DNA of 64,000 nt, from assembly GCA_021735655.1 (NCBI GenBank), contig JAIPGM010000004.1, positions 95,874 to 159,873 of the forward strand. The letters are read 5' to 3'. The notes under the pieces are model-generated. The model had not been told where the DNA came from. It was given only the letters and a program-made list of their open reading frames with translations, and did no database searches. Below, one piece after another: positions 19,394 through 28,830 of the stretch. The position numbers were made by a program, and so were the translations under genes. How positions within the stretch are numbered: position 1 is the first letter of the stretch; each line of letters starts with the position of its first letter. Source of the stretch: Candidatus Omnitrophota bacterium (GTDB taxonomy: Bacteria > Omnitrophota > Gorgyraeia > Duberdicusellales > 4484-171).

Positions 19394-20154
19394 CTTTTTG
19401 CCCCCTCTATTTTTTCTTTATCAGAAAATATGGAAATAACAGAAGCTTTGTTGTTGTCACCGCCAAACCATATCCAAAACACATTGTCATCTGAAGTCAT
19501 CATCGCACCGGTATATTTAGAGAACATATTTTTAGGGTTTGCTTCCTTAAAAGCATCCAAAAATTCGGGATAAAAAATCTCATCAAATTTTACCAAAAAT
19601 TCATCTCTATTTTTAATTTCGCCGAGATCTGTGTTTAATGGGTAATAAACCATGTTGGAGACTTTTTCTTTGTCTCGATTTAGGACTGATCTTTTGAAAT
19701 CTTGGGCAAAATTATCCACCATTTCATCATCGTCCATTCCGCCAATAGCATACATGGAATTCAAATCGCCTGCACTGCCATAATCCATTTTAAGCCTTAT
19801 ATGCCCAGTTGCTTCCGCAGAACTTATGTCTCCCGCAATAACTTCACGATTCAGCTTGGAATCTCCATAAGCGTCATCTTGATCTTGAAAAGACGCATTG
19901 ATCACTATGCCATCCTCATTTTTTAAAGTAATTTTTCTGCCATCAAGAGTTCCGGAAAGCGGAATGCTCATATAATCCGAATCAAAATATAACTCACCAA
20001 TTACATTCTCCTGATCATATACAAGAGTTAATCCACCAGTTTGACCTGCAATGTCGCCCCTGTATGTCCAGTGCCAATCTTTGGTGAATGAATCACAATG
20101 CCCCTCTGCGCCAGTGAACAACAGACAAAAAACAAATATAAGCAATGCCCGCAT
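19390..20154 (-). CDS. Secreted hypothetical protein
   Basis: 254 aa. N-terminal signal peptide. Acidic. No recognisable domain. Confidence 0.4.
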   Translation of the reverse strand: MRALLIFVFCLLFTGAEGHCDSFTKDWHWTYRGDIAGQTGGLTLVYDQENVIGELYFDSDYMSIPLSGTLDGRKITLKNEDGIVINASFQDQDDAYGDSKLNREVIAGDISSAEATGHIRLKMDYGSAGDLNSMYAIGGMDDDEMVDNFAQDFKRSVLNRDKEKVSNMVYYPLNTDLGEIKNRDEFLVKFDEIFYPEFLDAFKEANPKNMFSKYTGAMMTSDDNVFWIWFGGDNNKASVISIFSDKEKIEGAKR

Positions 20155-20156
20155 TC

Positions 20157-21467
20157 CTAGACCTCTTTTTCCTTTAAGAAATCAAGTACGGGCTTGAATT
20201 TCTTTATTGTACTGATGATTTCGCCCTCTAACTCTACTGATTCTGTAAGCACCTTAGTTCCTCTGTCAATAGAATACCTAAAGTGTATACCGGGAGCCCC
20301 CGGCTCTTTATCCGCTTTTTTCAAAACATCACAAATATATTGAACGTCTTTTTGCGTATTAATATCACTCAACTTCATTTCAAAGAATTTAACCCATTTT
20401 TCATTGCCGGGCATTATGCGTTTCCCTGTTCTCGGCAAACGTTTTGAAACTACCAGCCTCGATTCCTTTCTGGCACCGCTTATAACCTGAAGGAATTTAT
20501 TTGTATTTGTAGATATCCGATTAAAAAATATGCCGATAGGGGTCTTACTCTGAGATGTCCGACCGTTGCGGACAACAGTGTTGATATCCAAACAACTCTT
20601 TGAAACCTCAATAGTAAAATTACATTGGTTAAAAACGTCCTTGCCATCCTTTGGTCTTTTAATTGCGACCCAAGCAAACCTCTCATCCTTGCCACTTCTC
20701 GATATGTTCCCGGGCTTAATAAATGAATATTCAGAACCGATTTCTTTCGGCAGTTTTTCTTTTATGATATTTGCCAGAGCTTTAAGTTTTTTCCTGAGAA
20801 TAGGGACGTAATACGGATTGGGGTCAATCCAAAAATCAAAATCCGAGTCTTTGAATCCATTAAATTCGGTCATTACGACTACCTCCATGTAATCAATAAA
20901 CTGCTCAATTAATTGTGCAACCGCAGATAGCGATTTATTTCCTTTTATTTTCTCAACTGTGCGACGGCATATTTTATGAACCTTCGACCAGCTAAGGTAT
21001 CTAACACGGTTATCGCTAATGCTATTTAAACTGCTTTTGTCATCTAAATTGTTCGTTATAACAACAAGGACATCTTTAGCACCTATATCGCTCAAATGCC
21101 GTCTAATTTGATCAAGATCCAATCTTGCCCGAACTTTCGATTCAATATGGATATTGTAATCTGCCAAATCGATCAAAGCATCAGGTCTGCTACCGCTTAA
21201 TCCTTTCTGCAGTTTAAAAGAAACCACCGGGCGATTTGGTGCCTCGATTGCTTTTAAGAATCCAGACAAAAGGTCGACAAAACCTGCCTGACAGCAAAAT
21301 TCGAATATATTGACCAGCCCTTTGGTAGTGTTATCCTCAACTTGGAAATCATACAAGGATTCTTTATCTCGCTTAGAAGGCCCCCGGTAATAAAAAAATA
21401 TGTTCTGATGAGGATCTCTCACGCTTTTCTCCCATATTCGGTCTTTAAAAATTTGCCATAAGCCCAC
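20157..21467 (-). CDS. Hypothetical protein with an N-terminal PD-(D/E)xK-like nuclease motif
   Basis: 436 aa. RPDALIDLADYNIHIESK fits PD...(D/E)xK spacing. No other domain recognised. 49-nt overlap with the upstream 197-aa gene. Confidence 0.4.
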   Translation of the reverse strand: MGLWQIFKDRIWEKSVRDPHQNIFFYYRGPSKRDKESLYDFQVEDNTTKGLVNIFEFCCQAGFVDLLSGFLKAIEAPNRPVVSFKLQKGLSGSRPDALIDLADYNIHIESKVRARLDLDQIRRHLSDIGAKDVLVVITNNLDDKSSLNSISDNRVRYLSWSKVHKICRRTVEKIKGNKSLSAVAQLIEQFIDYMEVVVMTEFNGFKDSDFDFWIDPNPYYVPILRKKLKALANIIKEKLPKEIGSEYSFIKPGNISRSGKDERFAWVAIKRPKDGKDVFNQCNFTIEVSKSCLDINTVVRNGRTSQSKTPIGIFFNRISTNTNKFLQVISGARKESRLVVSKRLPRTGKRIMPGNEKWVKFFEMKLSDINTQKDVQYICDVLKKADKEPGAPGIHFRYSIDRGTKVLTESVELEGEIISTIKKFKPVLDFLKEKEV

Positions 21468-22012
21468 AGGGCTTCATCAAGCCGCTTCCATGCAACCCCT
21501 TTTTTGCATAGCTCATTAAAAAATGGGGCATACTCCGCAAAATATATTTGTTCTTTTTGCTTGTTGCTATTTGGAATTTCATTGCGTCGGTTTTGACTCA
21601 AAAAGATAAAAGCCCTATAAACATGCTGATCAAATATCGGGAAATCATTCGGCGTGATTATGTGTAAAAGATATATTTTCCAGATAGCTCCGTTTACAAA
21701 ACTGAAATCTTTTAAGAAAGAATCGAGGGAAAAAAAGTCCTTAAGGTTATTGATGACATTCAGCTTGGCTTTAATATTCGATAGCACTACTTCTTTTTTC
21801 TGGGATAGTTTACTCCCATTTTTCCAAATAAATAATTTATCAATATCATCGATGCTGAATTTTTTCTTTCCGATAATAGGGACGTAATAATCTTCCATAG
21901 GATAGTTATAAAAACTGCTCCAGAATTTAACAAACTCATCTATTGTGACATTTTTTGTGTTTAAAACCGGGAAATTCATTATTGCTCCGTTAAATTTTCC
22001 CCACTTGGACAA
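21419..22012 (-). CDS. Hypothetical protein, partner of the PD-(D/E)xK protein
   Basis: 197 aa. No recognisable motif. Overlaps and is likely co-transcribed with the downstream 436-aa gene. Confidence 0.35.
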   Translation of the reverse strand: MSKWGKFNGAIMNFPVLNTKNVTIDEFVKFWSSFYNYPMEDYYVPIIGKKKFSIDDIDKLFIWKNGSKLSQKKEVVLSNIKAKLNVINNLKDFFSLDSFLKDFSFVNGAIWKIYLLHIITPNDFPIFDQHVYRAFIFLSQNRRNEIPNSNKQKEQIYFAEYAPFFNELCKKGVAWKRLDEALWAYGKFLKTEYGRKA

Positions 22013-22059
22013 TAGGCTTCATCAGAAAAAACATTGTGCAAAATGTTATGATTTTACTT

Positions 22060-22557
22060 TTACTCATTCTTCTCCTTTTTTCCGTTCTTTATTACCTTTT
22101 CTAATGCGTGGATAACTTTATCGACTTGAATGTTTATATCACGCTTTATTAGATGCTCCCATAAACGGACCACAATCCACCCTTTTCTTTTTAAAAATAG
22201 AGTGGTTTTTTTGTCTCGCAATCGATTCTTTTCTATTTTTGTTTTCCAAAAATCATTCTTTAATAAATGCTTCCAGCGAGAATACTGCCAACCATGCCAA
22301 AAATCGCTATCTAAGAAAACACACAGTTTAGCTCTTTTAAAAACGATATCTGGCTTCCCTTTTATAAGTTGCACATTTCTCTCAAATGTTTTCCTTGTTC
22401 GTTTTTTTAATGCGCGAATGAAATCTTCCTCAAATTTTGTGTCTCGAGACCGTATTTTTGACATTACAACAGAACGGTGTTCTTTTGTGATTTTGTCTGA
22501 TTCTCGTTTTTTCTTAAAATTGCGACCTAAATAGTTTTTGATTCTTCTCTTTGTCAT
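22060..22557 (-). CDS. vsr: Very-short-patch-repair endonuclease
   Basis: 165 aa. SKIRSRDTKFEEDF...GKPDIVFKRAKLCVFLDSDFWHGW matches the Vsr catalytic core. Adjacent to an m5C methyltransferase. Confidence 0.75.
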   Translation of the reverse strand: MTKRRIKNYLGRNFKKKRESDKITKEHRSVVMSKIRSRDTKFEEDFIRALKKRTRKTFERNVQLIKGKPDIVFKRAKLCVFLDSDFWHGWQYSRWKHLLKNDFWKTKIEKNRLRDKKTTLFLKRKGWIVVRLWEHLIKRDINIQVDKVIHALEKVIKNGKKEKNE

Positions 22558-22560
22558 AGC

Positions 22561-23736
22561 CTAATAAGACAATCCATATTTCTTCATTGCTTCTTTTAGT
22601 AATGGCGGTGATTTCCGTTCACCAAAAGCGTCCCCTAAAAGATGTACTATAAATTTCTCAGTTTTAGGTAAAATAACACTTGAATGCTGAACGACTAAAC
22701 TCACCCATTTATCAACCAGTTCTTTTGTTCTTATATATTCCTTTAATTCCCAATAGTGCCTGACCTCGTCAACCGTGAGTTTTGAAACAATTTCAATAAT
22801 TTCTTTAGCGTTTCTTTGGAGGTAATAAAATATCTTTGGAATCTTATGGTACGCCACGTCATTAATAACAATTGTCTGTTGTCCTCCAGCGGTAAATCTA
22901 TCTCTAAGCGAAGAATCCACCACACCATGACGAGCCGCTAACCAAGTCGCGAAATTTTGATATTTTGTTTGACTCCTACCAAATATCTCAGGGAATCTTG
23001 CCATAGCTTCATTTCTAAAGCGATTCTGTTTATCTTCATGAAGATTGCCCCACAAAGTAACTGTGGGACTTAGCATGGCGTCAACTTCATCCCCGGGATC
23101 CATCCACCAAGGTTCTTCTCCTTTTTTAGAAATTTTGCGAAAATAACGAACAACTTCCTTAATCGGATTATCTTGTTTCCGCAAAATGTTATATTCCGTT
23201 CCCATCTTATCAAATATGGTTTTCCCAGAATCAAGCTCCATATCTATCAAATATCTCGGGGAATGGGTTACAGCGATGTCGTAAAGACATTCTTCATATC
23301 TTCGAAACTTAAACTTTGGTGGAGCGACCAGTCTTCCAAAAAATAGATATATTCTTTCAACGCCTTCAACTCTTGTTGTTTCAAGGACACTATTGCCAGT
23401 ACTACGCCAATGATCTTGTTTGGTAATTTTTACTTCCACTCCGTAATATCGTTTCGCCACTATATCTGGAAATTTATGCCCTGATATAAGTTGTATCGTT
23501 CCTTCAAATTCAGTTTTTTTCGATGAAATCAACATAGAACCGTAGACTTCTTTTTCAAAATCTGATGAAGATAATCCGCAATAGCGCTTTGGAGCTTTTG
23601 ACGCTTCATCTTGAATGGTTTTAATCCCACCGTTCAATAAAGTCTCAAAAGAATTCTCACTCGCTTCTGTCCTTTTAGATATAATCATTTTAATCCTTTC
23701 TTGAAAATCTTTGGCCATAGCTCCTGTAGACGCCAC
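22561..23736 (-). CDS. Putative type II restriction endonuclease
   Basis: 391 aa. HKFPDIV...YGVEVKITK is a PD-(D/E)xK-like motif. Overlaps the methyltransferase by 52 nt, the classic RM gene arrangement. Confidence 0.5.
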   Translation of the reverse strand: MASTGAMAKDFQERIKMIISKRTEASENSFETLLNGGIKTIQDEASKAPKRYCGLSSSDFEKEVYGSMLISSKKTEFEGTIQLISGHKFPDIVAKRYYGVEVKITKQDHWRSTGNSVLETTRVEGVERIYLFFGRLVAPPKFKFRRYEECLYDIAVTHSPRYLIDMELDSGKTIFDKMGTEYNILRKQDNPIKEVVRYFRKISKKGEEPWWMDPGDEVDAMLSPTVTLWGNLHEDKQNRFRNEAMARFPEIFGRSQTKYQNFATWLAARHGVVDSSLRDRFTAGGQQTIVINDVAYHKIPKIFYYLQRNAKEIIEIVSKLTVDEVRHYWELKEYIRTKELVDKWVSLVVQHSSVILPKTEKFIVHLLGDAFGERKSPPLLKEAMKKYGLSY

Positions 23737-24974
23737 GCCACATTAAAAGCTAATAATGGTGGCACAGCGTTGCCAATCACTCTGTAACCATCTGATGGGC
23801 TCAAAGCAAACTCCGATCCTAAAACCGAAGCGCTTCTCGTAAAAGCGAAATCATCGGGAAAGGTTTGAATTCTGGCGCATTCTCGAACTGTCAACCGTCG
23901 CTCTTTTAGCCCCATATCAATTTCTTTAAGATTTTTTCCGCCATGCTCTTTCGACAAACGTCTAAATTCTATATTCCCATGATGTTCAGCTCGAATCGTT
24001 GGCCCTAATCCCATCACATTAACTTCACTTTGTCCTTGGCAATGTTTTCCATACCACTTAGCTCTTGAATAAGCTTTTTGAGAGGGGTCATTCGAGAATT
24101 CCGGTTCTTTCAGTCCAACAAAAGCGTCTTTAACTTTTACAAAGGGCAATAAGTGTGAATCTTCACTAATTTCACCATGCGTTCTTGGGGGATATGGGTT
24201 AAAGCACGAATCATCACTCAATAAGGTTAATTGTTCAATAGCTTTTCTAGTCAGAGCATCCCTTCTAAAACCGATAAAAACTACCCTCTCTCTAGTCTGG
24301 GGGGCACCATAATCCTGCGCTCTTAATACTTTAGCGTTAACAACCAAATAACCATTATCTCCAATAGATCCAAAATCATTTTCGATAATCTTCTTAGCGT
24401 CGGATAAAGATACTAGCCCCTTGACATTTTCGGCAAGAAATACTTTTGGCCGGACAATTTCAATAACAGCTCTCATCCACATGTAAAGCTTCCCCCGATT
24501 TTCTTCTGATGGTTCCTTGCCGTTTAACAATCCTCCATGATGTGCCTTGTGAGAATTAAAACCTTTGCGTTTTCCCGCCACGCTAAAATCTTGACACGGG
24601 AAACCACCAGTAACCAAATCAACTCTCGGAAAGACTCTCGCCGCTCCTGAAGAATGCTTCCTAACTAAATCAACAATACTTTCAGAATGAAAAAGCGATC
24701 CATTTTTTCCTTCTTTATCAAAATAAGGAACCCAACCAGCTTTAGCCGATTGTAAAATATCATTGGCAAAAACTGTTTTAAACACTGTTTTTGGCAATCG
24801 AACCCAATGCTTATTTATAGGATTTTTTAACCAATCTGGATGAATTATTGGATTAATGGATTTTTTAAGAACGATGAAATCACCTTCAAAACCTAAATCC
24901 ATACCACCGCAACCAGAGAACAATGAAAGTACTTTCAACGTTTGTGTCTTTTTTTTCATTTTTAGTCCTATCAA
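23685..24974 (-). CDS. DNA (cytosine-5)-methyltransferase
   Basis: 429 aa. Motif I LSLFSGCGGMDLGF. Motif IV GFPCQDFSVAGKRKG. Motif VI ENVKGLV. Motif VIII QTRERVVFIGF. Motif X GNAVPPLLA. Confidence 0.9.
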   Translation of the reverse strand: MIGLKMKKKTQTLKVLSLFSGCGGMDLGFEGDFIVLKKSINPIIHPDWLKNPINKHWVRLPKTVFKTVFANDILQSAKAGWVPYFDKEGKNGSLFHSESIVDLVRKHSSGAARVFPRVDLVTGGFPCQDFSVAGKRKGFNSHKAHHGGLLNGKEPSEENRGKLYMWMRAVIEIVRPKVFLAENVKGLVSLSDAKKIIENDFGSIGDNGYLVVNAKVLRAQDYGAPQTRERVVFIGFRRDALTRKAIEQLTLLSDDSCFNPYPPRTHGEISEDSHLLPFVKVKDAFVGLKEPEFSNDPSQKAYSRAKWYGKHCQGQSEVNVMGLGPTIRAEHHGNIEFRRLSKEHGGKNLKEIDMGLKERRLTVRECARIQTFPDDFAFTRSASVLGSEFALSPSDGYRVIGNAVPPLLAFNVAWRLQELWPKIFKKGLK

Positions 24975-25693
24975 TTTTCCATAAACCCTTCATCAGCAAA
25001 GCTGAAGAAAGAATTATCACCAATTATTACATGATCCAAAAAGTCAATTTTTATAGACTTGCTCACATTTAGAATATCCTTTGTTAAATTTCGATCGTCA
25101 ATACTTGGATCACAATTCCCAGAAGGATGATTGTGAGCGCAAATAAATGAACTAGAGCAACACTCTAGAGCCTTATGAAATATTTCCCTAACAATAGGAT
25201 TAACTTCATCGACTGTTCCTTTTCCAAGCTCAACGATATTTATCAATCGACTCTTGGTGTCAAGATAAAGAACCTTAAATTCTTCTTTCTTTAAATCACG
25301 CATGCGAGGCGATAATAAGGTAAACACATCTTTGGCATTTTCAATCCTAATTTTTTTGGGAATGATTTTCCCTTCATGGAATCTTTTGCCAATTTCTATC
25401 GATGCTCGTATTTGAGCTATCTTAGCGACACCAAGACCTTTAAACTCTTTCCAATCCAAATCCCCAGCCTGACTTAATTCCCGGAAAGAACCAAACTTTT
25501 TAATTACAGAACGAGCTAAATCCAAAGCGCTCTGTCCTCGTATCCCAATACGAAGAATAATTGCTAATAATTCGGCATCGCTTAAAGATTCTTCTCCTTT
25601 TTTTAAAAGCTTCTCTCTCGGTCGGTCATCCACCGGCCAAGCGCTTATTCCTGATGGTTTTCTAGTCTTTGTTTTTCCCAATTTTATACCCAA
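24971..25693 (-). CDS. RadC-like JAB-domain protein
   Basis: 240 aa. N-terminal HhH region LSDAELLAIILRIG. HNHPSGNCDPSIDDRNLT is the JAMM motif. The ORF track uses a TTG start. The N-terminus contains in-frame 12-bp tandem repeats. Confidence 0.8.
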   Translation of the reverse strand: MGIKLGKTKTRKPSGISAWPVDDRPREKLLKKGEESLSDAELLAIILRIGIRGQSALDLARSVIKKFGSFRELSQAGDLDWKEFKGLGVAKIAQIRASIEIGKRFHEGKIIPKKIRIENAKDVFTLLSPRMRDLKKEEFKVLYLDTKSRLINIVELGKGTVDEVNPIVREIFHKALECCSSSFICAHNHPSGNCDPSIDDRNLTKDILNVSKSIKIDFLDHVIIGDNSFFSFADEGFMEN

Positions 25694-25746
25694 TTTAATC
25701 CCTCGTTTAATCCCTCATTTAATCCCTCACGCACGCCAAATCATAC

Positions 25747-25947
25747 CTATTCCAGTACATCCCAATGTCCGCTTTTTCTCGAGCCAATACGCTTCAAAAA
25801 ACCTTCTTCCTTTAGCTTGGCAATGGCATTTTCCACTGTTCGCTGTGATAGCTGTATCTGATCCGCAATTTCATACGTTTTTATAAAAGAATCTGCCTCA
25901 ATGGCGTTTAAAACTTTCTCCGCGTTTATTCCGCACTTCTTCCGCAT
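25747..25947 (-). CDS. Winged-helix DNA-binding protein
   Basis: 66 aa. YEIADQIQLSQRTVENAIAKLKEEGFLKR is a wHTH. The start lies within three 11-bp tandem repeats. Confidence 0.5.
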   Translation of the reverse strand: MRKKCGINAEKVLNAIEADSFIKTYEIADQIQLSQRTVENAIAKLKEEGFLKRIGSRKSGHWDVLE

Positions 25948-25983
25948 TTCTTCCGCATTTTCTACCGCAATTACACTCTCATT

Positions 25984-27084
25984 TTAAACTATCCTTTTCT
26001 TGCTTCTTTTTTTTGAAGGTTTTTTACTGATTTGCGATTCCACCAAAAAACGCTCACGTTTTAACTCTTTGACAAGCTCGTCTTCCGTTGGCAAATATAA
26101 CTTATACCTCGAGGCAAATATCTGTTTGTTATCTTTAGGCAACGTGTACCTGACAACAGCGTCTTTTTTATCTTCGCACAAAATAAGTCCAACTGTTGGA
26201 TTGTCATCTTTCTGTTTCATGGATCGGTCGTAATAGTTTACATACATCTGCATTTGTCCGATATCCTGATGAACTAGTTTCCCAATTTTTAAATCGATAA
26301 GGACAAAGCATTTCAAGATAGTATTGTAAAAAACCAGATCAACATAAAAATGATCGCCATCCAATGTAATGCGTTTCTGTCTGCCTACAAATGTAAATCC
26401 TTTTCCAAGCTCAAGCAAAAACCTGGAAAGGTTATCAATAAGCGCCTGTTCCAGCTTGCTCTCGTATAATTTTGAGTGAGGAGATAATCCGGTAAATTCT
26501 AAAACATAAGGATCTTTTATCATATCTTCATATGTTGCCAGCTCTTGTCCTTTGCGAGCCAGCCTCATAAGACCTTTTTTGTCTTTGCTTAAAGCAAGCC
26601 GCTCATAAAGAAGTGTTCCTTTTTGTCGTTCAAGTTCGCGAGCTGACCAATTATTAGCGACGCACTCCGCCTCATAAAAGGATCTTGCATCAGGCTTGTC
26701 GACTCGCATCAATATTCGATAATGCGTCCAGCTCAATTCTTGACGCACTGCGTCAAGAATTGGATATGCTAAATAAAACTTTCGCATATTCGTCAAATTC
26801 GTAAAATCAAAGCCCTTGCCAAATTCATCTGAAAGTCGATGGGACAAATCTTCTATTGTTTTCTTTCCATATCCTGCGCGCTTCTTGCCTTTCTGTTCTT
26901 CTTCGACAATTTCTTTTCCGATATGCCAATAGGCTAAAACCATCTCCGTATTAACAGCGCGGGCGATATTGTTTCTTGCGTTCTCAATAATTGCGCAGAT
27001 TCGTTCGTACGCATTTGTTTTATTATTAACTCTCTTTTTGGCGATACTTCGAGAGCTTTTTTGAATGGCTTTTTTTCGTGGCAT
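25984..27084 (-). CDS. YhcG/DUF1016-family PDDEXK nuclease
   Basis: 366 aa. LSWTHYRILMRV, GFTFVGRQKRITLDGDHFYVDLVFYNTILKCFVLIDLKIGK and VGLILCEDK match the YhcG conserved blocks. Confidence 0.75.
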   Translation of the reverse strand: MPRKKAIQKSSRSIAKKRVNNKTNAYERICAIIENARNNIARAVNTEMVLAYWHIGKEIVEEEQKGKKRAGYGKKTIEDLSHRLSDEFGKGFDFTNLTNMRKFYLAYPILDAVRQELSWTHYRILMRVDKPDARSFYEAECVANNWSARELERQKGTLLYERLALSKDKKGLMRLARKGQELATYEDMIKDPYVLEFTGLSPHSKLYESKLEQALIDNLSRFLLELGKGFTFVGRQKRITLDGDHFYVDLVFYNTILKCFVLIDLKIGKLVHQDIGQMQMYVNYYDRSMKQKDDNPTVGLILCEDKKDAVVRYTLPKDNKQIFASRYKLYLPTEDELVKELKRERFLVESQISKKPSKKRSKKRIV

Positions 27085-27085
27085 C

Positions 27086-27262
27086 TTAGCAATTCCTCCT
27101 GCTCTTAATAAATTCTTCTAAATCTTCCGGCTTGATCTTCCACTGACCGATCTTCACGGCTTTAATTTCTTTTTTGCGTATTAAGTCTCGAATCCATTCA
27201 TCGGTAAGTCCGAGTTTTTCGGCTACTTCAGGTACAGTGAGATACTCTTTTATGTTTTCCAT
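27086..27262 (-). CDS. Excisionase-family HTH_17 small protein (not in the ORF track; below its size cutoff)
   Basis: Reverse-strand ATG at 27262 gives MENIKEYLTVPEVAEKLGLTDEWIRDLIRKKEIKAVKIGQWKIKPEDLEEFIKSRRNC, 58 aa. Same HTH_17 pattern as 11455..11694. Confidence 0.55.
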   Translation of the reverse strand: MENIKEYLTVPEVAEKLGLTDEWIRDLIRKKEIKAVKIGQWKIKPEDLEEFIKSRRNC

Positions 27263-27752
27263 AATTTTACACCTCGTGGAGTTATTGACTATGTATTACC
27301 ATATTCAAAACAGCATTAGTCCCTATTTTAGTACTATTAAACCCAATGGTCAAGCAAAATGCTCATAAACACTGCAATTACGATAATGCCGGATTATGCC
27401 CCGGATTTATAATCCCGCACCTCTGATATATCATTTCCCACGGCTAAAGACTCAAAATAATCGACTTTTGCGGAAATCTAATCAATTTCGGCGTATCTTG
27501 AAGCTGAAATGACCCAAAATAACTCCTTATTATCATTTAAGCCAGTAAATGATAATATGGCATTTTCTTATTATCACTTCCTTATAAGATTTGTGATGAA
27601 AATGGGCTCCGGATCAATTATCCTCACATCCGTTGTAACAGCCAAAACACGACAACACGACATTTTTCATGTCGTATAATGTCGTGTTTTTCAGGCTATT
27701 TTCGCCTTAAAAATTAGCTCTAAATATCCATAACACACATAAATACAAGCAT

Positions 27753-28007
27753 TTACGCAATATTAGGCTTTTTGCCATCACCAGACAATAGGACATGACA
27801 TCGATTTTTTATTTTAAGGTCACTGACAGACTGCCCCTCGCCCGACCCTCGGCAAACCCCCATGGTAAGGACCCATCTTTTTATGGCTTCCGGAGTTATA
27901 TTCAGCTTAAGCTTCACCTCATACCCATCAGGTGATTTTATCGTCACATAGGTCCAGAAGCCCGGCTTCCATTTCTTCTTTTTACGCTTATATCTGTACC
28001 ATCCCAT
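27753..28007 (-). CDS. Hypothetical basic protein
   Basis: 84 aa. Lys/Arg-rich N-terminus. No recognisable domain. Confidence 0.3.
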   Translation of the reverse strand: MGWYRYKRKKKKWKPGFWTYVTIKSPDGYEVKLKLNITPEAIKRWVLTMGVCRGSGEGQSVSDLKIKNRCHVLLSGDGKKPNIA

Positions 28008-28151
28008 AGATCACGTCCTTTTAAAATGCGTGCGGAGAAGGGCGTCAAGGAGGTTTACCAAAACAACGCCCCTTATCAGTCGCATTTAACTGATAAAACC
28101 TCTGCGATGGAACAGTTAAGCATCGCATACAGTTTCCCCGCATTATTTGTT

Positions 28152-28826
28152 TTAATCAATAACCGCTTCCTTTTTTTCCACAGGTTGAGGTCGATATCTT
28201 TTCATGATCTGGCGAATTTCTTTCTCAAGATCAAAGTTTGAAACCCAGTTGCTTTTACTTCTGATTTCTTCCTCAACATCAGCCACAGTAGGACGGTTTA
28301 ACCCAGCGATAACCCTGTCTTTTTCAGCATGAAATACATCATACGCCTCAGTGCCTAAGCTCGGGCTAAATGCCGGATATGATTCCAGATCACGCTTTGT
28401 CACCGCAGGGTGTCCATGTAAAGCAAAAGCCAATCCAAAAAGTTTTCCTTTTGCTTTCCAGAGATCAAGTTTTGCCTTATCACGGTCACGATTAAGGCGT
28501 TTTCTGATCTCTATAACTTTCTGAGATTCATCATCTTTCAAAGTGGTGAAAGCATCCTCAAGTTTTTCTTTTAGCTTCTCAAGGCTTTCGGACACCACGT
28601 CGAGATTGATATTGCATTCCTCCAAAGCTGAATCCGCTTCTTTTACAGCATTTGGATTAGCTTTTTCACCGCACATAATCCTGCTTCTGATTTCTTTTGC
28701 TTTTTCTTTAGCGTCTTGTTTTTCTTTTTCACATTGCTTCTGCTTCTCCTCAAGAGCTACGATCTGCTCGGCGATCTCATCTGGCGTGCTTTTGTCTTTT
28801 AACACATTTAAAAAATTAAGCTTCAT
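28152..28826 (-). CDS. Hypothetical coiled-coil protein
   Basis: 224 aa. E/K-rich heptad-like N-terminal half. Confidence 0.4.
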   Translation of the reverse strand: MKLNFLNVLKDKSTPDEIAEQIVALEEKQKQCEKEKQDAKEKAKEIRSRIMCGEKANPNAVKEADSALEECNINLDVVSESLEKLKEKLEDAFTTLKDDESQKVIEIRKRLNRDRDKAKLDLWKAKGKLFGLAFALHGHPAVTKRDLESYPAFSPSLGTEAYDVFHAEKDRVIAGLNRPTVADVEEEIRSKSNWVSNFDLEKEIRQIMKRYRPQPVEKKEAVID

Positions 28827-28830
28827 TGTC

